Positions 60,114 to 64,000 of a stretch of 64,000 nucleotides of DNA are shown here, piece after piece. This DNA is from an uncultured delta proteobacterium (GTDB taxonomy: Bacteria > Desulfobacterota > Binatia > UBA9968), in contig CAVTUQ010000002.1 of NCBI GenBank assembly GCA_963737905.1, positions 352,001-416,000 of the forward strand, read 5' to 3'. The notes beneath the pieces are model-generated. The model was given only the letters and a program-made list of their open reading frames with translations. It searched no databases and was not told the origin of the DNA. A program made the translations under genes and the position numbers. Position 1 is the stretch's first letter, and the number at the start of each line of letters is the position of its first letter.

Positions 60114-61133
60114 ATGATCAGTGACGTGTCAAGCGGCTGGGGGGACCTCGGGCTTTTCTCCCTTTTCCGTAGTCCATTTCTCCTTCCGTCCCTACTGCTG
60201 CATGCGATGCTTTTTCTTCTAGTCTTGCGTGCCGCCACCTTTTCAATCGCGCGACAGGAGGCTCCAATCTCAGTTCAATTGCTGGAAGTAAGCGGCGGCG
60301 GTTCGGACACCAAGAGCATCGGCCCGGCTAAGGGCCCCGGCGGGCCACGCGCGCTTCCCAAGTTAGGTACCCCTACGCCTCCCGTAGAGCGCACAGGCAA
60401 GCTCGATACTGGATCTCTGGAAAGCTCGGTTCCAAGTAAAAGTGTCGAACCTGAACCGGCGCCGAATCCGGTCGTCCTCCCGGGTCCCAAGGTCTTGGCG
60501 ACAGACACAAAGCATGAAGCTGTCAATGCGAAAGAGACATCGCCCGACTCGCTGGTTCGATTGCCGACTAAGGAATCGCCCACAAATCTGCCATCCACCG
60601 CTGCCGGTGATCTAGCGATCAACCAAAAAAATCTCGCGGCGCTCAAAGGAGCCGGGGACACACCTGGGATCAAGGCGCTGAAAGAAGGCGCGCAGGTTCC
60701 AGGCGCACTCAAGGGCACGGGCAGTGGTACCGGACCCTACGGAGTCCCAGGGGGAAGCCCAAGTGGAACAGGTCTCGCCGGAGGGGGAACCGGTACAGGC
60801 ACCGGCGGGGGCAGCAACACGGGTCTTAAGGGAATTCCGAACTCAGACTACAGTCAATATCTAAACCAGCTTAAAAAGCGGGTGGAATCGGTATGGAAGT
60901 ATCCCGAGGAAGTTACGGGAGTTCAGAAAGTCACCGTTCGATTTACCCTCGACCGAGCCGGAAAACTCACTCAAGCTGTCGTATTGGAGTCGTCGGATTC
61001 CAGGTTGAATGCCAGTGCTGTGGAAGCAATGAAACGGGCTTCCCCTTTCCCTCCGATTCCTGAAAGTTTAAAAGATCTCGCCAATGAACCTCTGATCATG
61101 CGATTCGAGGTTTCCAACCGAGTCCGGGGATAA
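60114..61133 (+). CDS. TonB/TolA-family energy transducer
   Basis: TM anchor 'SLLLHAML' (SxxxH), Pro/Gly-rich linker, C-terminal 'WKYP...VRFTLDRAGKL...SS....ASAVEAMKRASPFPP'. Confidence 0.88.
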   Translation: MISDVSSGWGDLGLFSLFRSPFLLPSLLLHAMLFLLVLRAATFSIARQEAPISVQLLEVSGGGSDTKSIGPAKGPGGPRALPKLGTPTPPVERTGKLDTGSLESSVPSKSVEPEPAPNPVVLPGPKVLATDTKHEAVNAKETSPDSLVRLPTKESPTNLPSTAAGDLAINQKNLAALKGAGDTPGIKALKEGAQVPGALKGTGSGTGPYGVPGGSPSGTGLAGGGTGTGTGGGSNTGLKGIPNSDYSQYLNQLKKRVESVWKYPEEVTGVQKVTVRFTLDRAGKLTQAVVLESSDSRLNASAVEAMKRASPFPPIPESLKDLANEPLIMRFEVSNRVRG

Positions 61134-61226
61134 GTGATCGGCTTTCTCGGGCTCTCGCCAGCAAGACTTTCATTGAATTAATTTTCGTTTCAGGTAATCT
61201 TCAGGGGATTCTGGAAGGACTCGATC

Positions 61227-61853
61227 ATGCAGCAACAGGGTTTGGATCTTATCGACATCATTCACAAAGGCGCCATCGCCACTTATCCGCTTATTTTGTT
61301 GTCGATAATCAGCGTCACGGTGGTTTTGGAACGCCTCTGGTCTCTTAAGAACATCGGCTCCATCACCCTGCGCATCACGGAATCTCTCCTCGAACCCATC
61401 AAGAAGGGACAACGAGATTTGGCGATTGCCATCTGCAAGCAGAACTCCCACAGTCCGGCTGGCCGGATTTTCTTGAATGTGCTGGAAAGGGAAGGAAGCC
61501 AAGGGTTCGACACAGCGAGCACGTTTGCTAGCGAGGCGATGTTCGAGGAGACACAGAAACTCAAGAAACATCTTTGGATTCTTGGGACGGTTGCCAGTAG
61601 TGCGCCATTCATAGGGCTGTTGGGCACGGTCGTCGGTATTATCAAGGCCTTCGAGAATATGGCGGTGGCTGGCACCGGAGGATTTGCCGTGGTCGCGGCC
61701 GGTATTTCTGAAGCCTTGGTGGCCACCGCTTTGGGGTTGGCGGTCGCTATCATCGCGGTTATCTTCTACAATTATTTTCAAACCCGGATCGCGACCCTGA
61801 ACGGTCTATTCCGCATTCAAATTGCAAAGATTCTCCAGCATATGAGCGCGTGA
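61227..61853 (+). CDS. MotA/TolQ/ExbB proton-channel protein
   Basis: 'LGTVASSAPFIGLLGTVVGII.AF', 'GISEALVATALGLAVAI'. Confidence 0.93.
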   Translation: MQQQGLDLIDIIHKGAIATYPLILLSIISVTVVLERLWSLKNIGSITLRITESLLEPIKKGQRDLAIAICKQNSHSPAGRIFLNVLEREGSQGFDTASTFASEAMFEETQKLKKHLWILGTVASSAPFIGLLGTVVGIIKAFENMAVAGTGGFAVVAAGISEALVATALGLAVAIIAVIFYNYFQTRIATLNGLFRIQIAKILQHMSA

Positions 61854-61863
61854 GGTGGATTTT

Positions 61864-62289
61864 ATGGCGATGACTCCTCTGGGTGGCAACGAAAACGGTT
61901 CCGAGATTATGGCGGAAATTAATATCACGCCGTTAACCGACATCTTCCTCGTCCTATTGATCATTTTCATGATTACCAGTTCAGCGATGATCGAATCCGG
62001 GGGCAAGGTCAACTTGCCCAAAGCCGTAGCCACACAATCCGAATCGCGTGGAACCACAGTCACCTTGACCCCCAAGCGTGAAATTTATGTGAATCAGAAA
62101 AAGGTTACCGAGGAAAGCTTAGAAGCCACTTTGAAAGCAGCGCTGAGTACAAGCCCTGACAAAACCGTGATCCTGAGGGGTGACCGGGATGTCCTTTTGG
62201 GAGAAACCGTAAAAGTGATGTCCATTGTCAAGAGAGCGGGGGCTTCTGAGATCGCCATCGCCGCCGAAGCGGACCGAGGGAAGCGCTAG
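61864..62289 (+). CDS. ExbD/TolR family protein
   Basis: 'EINITPLTDIFLVLLIIFM', 'VNLPKA', 'ILRGDRDV'. Confidence 0.93.
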   Translation: MAMTPLGGNENGSEIMAEINITPLTDIFLVLLIIFMITSSAMIESGGKVNLPKAVATQSESRGTTVTLTPKREIYVNQKKVTEESLEATLKAALSTSPDKTVILRGDRDVLLGETVKVMSIVKRAGASEIAIAAEADRGKR

Positions 62290-62296
62290 CGTCCTT

Positions 62297-63562
62297 TTAC
62301 CGTGGTGCTCCCTCCGTAGAAGGCGGGGGCCGCTGAGACCGCCCCAGGCTATCCTCCCTATCTCTCTCAGCCTCTTTTTGAATTTCAGTGGGACTTTTCC
62401 CCAAGCGCTCAACTTCCAGCTTGAGATTTTTCTCCCTTTCTAAAAAGACCTCCAAATCAAGGGACCGCTGGTTGCTAGGCTGATAATAGATGGACACTGA
62501 ATCACGCTTGGTAGAACCATCACTCGCGCGCGCGAAAACATCGATTTGGTTGCGTCCCTCCGCTACCGGAACCGCGGAAGAGAAGAAACCGTCCGCTGCC
62601 AAACGAAGTTGTGTCGCCTTCTGTCCGGTGGTTTGGTTAACGACCTGAACGTAGTCCACGCCAACGAGCGAGATATTCTCAACCACGGCCAGAACATCTG
62701 CGGGTCGCGATACCGGGGTGTAGGTGCCGCCGCTCTCTTTAGCGATACCCACGGCTGCGCGCGGATACGACAGCGCCTCTTCGCCCAGCGCAAAAACGTG
62801 CACCTTTATTCCCGCTTTACCGGCGAGGCGCGCCGCGTTGATCGCGAAATTCGTATCTTCCGGCGCCGCTCTTCTTCCTCCGCCGATGGGCATGGTGGGA
62901 AAACCATCGGTCAAAAGAAACTCGACTTTAATGGTGTCGGTTTTCTTTTCGCTTTTCCCTAATCCCATAAGCTCGGTGATTGCCGCGCGAATGCCCTCGG
63001 CCATATTCGTCCCACCATAGGGGCCGGCTCTCAAGATATCGTCGAGAACGCGTCGAACGTGCTCGAAATCGTGGGTTAAGGGCTGAAGCACTTGCGCTCC
63101 TTCACCGAACGTCACGACACCAATCCGCGTGGTCTCCGAGTTGAGCTGAAGGAGAAGCCGGCGAGAAGCCGCAACTTCAGCGGCAAGAATGGAGTTCCGC
63201 AAATTTCTCATTGGGGGCTGGCCAATTCCAAAGCCACCGATGGCGATCTGGGGTCTGCCGAAACCAAAGGAACCGGAATTATCAGGCAGCGGCCCCAGAT
63301 CTCCGAAATCAGCCCCGGCGTATTGCGACGTGCTGCCCGAGATGTCGATAACAAAGACAATATCCACATTCGGGGACCGGCCCAAATCCGTGGCAACCTT
63401 ACCGCTGAGCAATACCAAATTTTGCTCCTGGGTAAGGCGCGAACCATCTTTCGGAGAAAGAATTTGGACTCTGGGATCGGCCGCCCAGACGTCAGTGGAA
63501 CAGAATAGGAACACGAGCCAAAAGAACCACAGCTCTCGGAACCGGAATGGAAATTGATGCAT
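62297..63562 (-). CDS. Secreted von Willebrand factor A (VWA) domain protein flanked by Ig-like segments
   Basis: Signal peptide; MIDAS 'DISGST', 'GGTNM', 'LLTDG'; likely start ATG 63562 after a GGGGAG RBS. Confidence 0.88.
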   Translation of the reverse strand: MHQFPFRFRELWFFWLVFLFCSTDVWAADPRVQILSPKDGSRLTQEQNLVLLSGKVATDLGRSPNVDIVFVIDISGSTSQYAGADFGDLGPLPDNSGSFGFGRPQIAIGGFGIGQPPMRNLRNSILAAEVAASRRLLLQLNSETTRIGVVTFGEGAQVLQPLTHDFEHVRRVLDDILRAGPYGGTNMAEGIRAAITELMGLGKSEKKTDTIKVEFLLTDGFPTMPIGGGRRAAPEDTNFAINAARLAGKAGIKVHVFALGEEALSYPRAAVGIAKESGGTYTPVSRPADVLAVVENISLVGVDYVQVVNQTTGQKATQLRLAADGFFSSAVPVAEGRNQIDVFARASDGSTKRDSVSIYYQPSNQRSLDLEVFLEREKNLKLEVERLGKSPTEIQKEAERDREDSLGRSQRPPPSTEGAPR

Positions 63563-63682
63563 CGTCTCCCCCTTCCGAGCGACTAAAACGCTAACACGAA
63601 TAAGCAGCACTGTAAATAAACCTCGGCCTTGGAGGGTATTGACAATTACCACTGCGGACCCGGCCATGGTATACTTCCACCG

Positions 63683-64000
63683 ATGTCTAACGGGTTAAAG
63701 TTCTTACTACTCTTTCTCCTTCTTTATTGCTGGATTGGTCCGGCTTCGGCGGATTACACCCTCGTCTTGAAAAATGGGCGGCGAATTACCGTTCAGAACT
63801 ATCGTGAAGAAGGCCGGATGATCAGATTCTACCGCTTCGGCGGCGAAATCGGCATCAGCAAAGACCAGCTTCAGTCCATTCAAAAGGCCGACCCAGGCGA
63901 TCCCGCCTTGCAACAGACCCAATTCCAAGAGACGGCAGCGGCCCCGCAGTCAGCCGAAAGGTCGCTCACTCCTGAGGAGCAGAAAGCCAAAGAGGAAAAA
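63683..64000 (+). CDS. Secreted hypothetical protein, N-terminal part (runs off the window)
   Basis: Open frame MSNGLKFLLLFLLLYCWIGPASA-DYTLVLKNGRRITVQNYREEG...; signal peptide ending ASA. Confidence 0.7.
   Translation, partial: MSNGLKFLLLFLLLYCWIGPASADYTLVLKNGRRITVQNYREEGRMIRFYRFGGEIGISKDQLQSIQKADPGDPALQQTQFQETAAAPQSAERSLTPEEQKAKEEK

Noticed and set aside
63639-63675. TTGACA...TATACT sigma70 promoter
   Set aside because: Spacer is about 25 nt, too long for a single promoter.

Overview
Bacterial chromosomal window. Its gene content (many orphan solute-binding proteins, amidohydrolases, CMD-like proteins, MetE-like enzyme, short GTTCAA-type intergenic repeats) resembles Candidatus Binatia/Deltaproteobacteria-like genomes; this is an inference. 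Many genes are broken by 1-2 nt indels, often in short homopolymers, which points to an unpolished long-read assembly rather than mass pseudogenisation. No rRNA, tRNA, CRISPR array, integrase or transposase was recognised. Main points: (1) a SelO/YdiU AMPylase whose conserved C-terminal Cys (TF-C-GT) is an in-frame UGA followed by a bacterial SECIS-like hairpin, i.e. a probable selenocysteine-containing bacterial SelO; (2) an AT-richer ~12 kb island (16.8-28.5 kb) that reconstructs to three co-oriented large genes: a ~1350 aa FN3-like protein, a 643 aa HExxH metalloprotease and a ~1870 aa beta-rich DUF6603-like protein; (3) a B12-radical SAM + SDR + FAD oxidoreductase + heme-oxygenase-like diiron enzyme operon; (4) a non-canonical Arn-like undecaprenyl-aminosugar pathway (2x ArnT, DegT, GT2, Gfo/Idh/MocA, AsnB, 2x DedA, UppP); (5) a TatA / DxNGDG-repeat proteins / TonB / ExbB / ExbD / VWA envelope cluster with no TonB-dependent receptor. 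All family assignments come from motif recognition by eye; no database searches were run.
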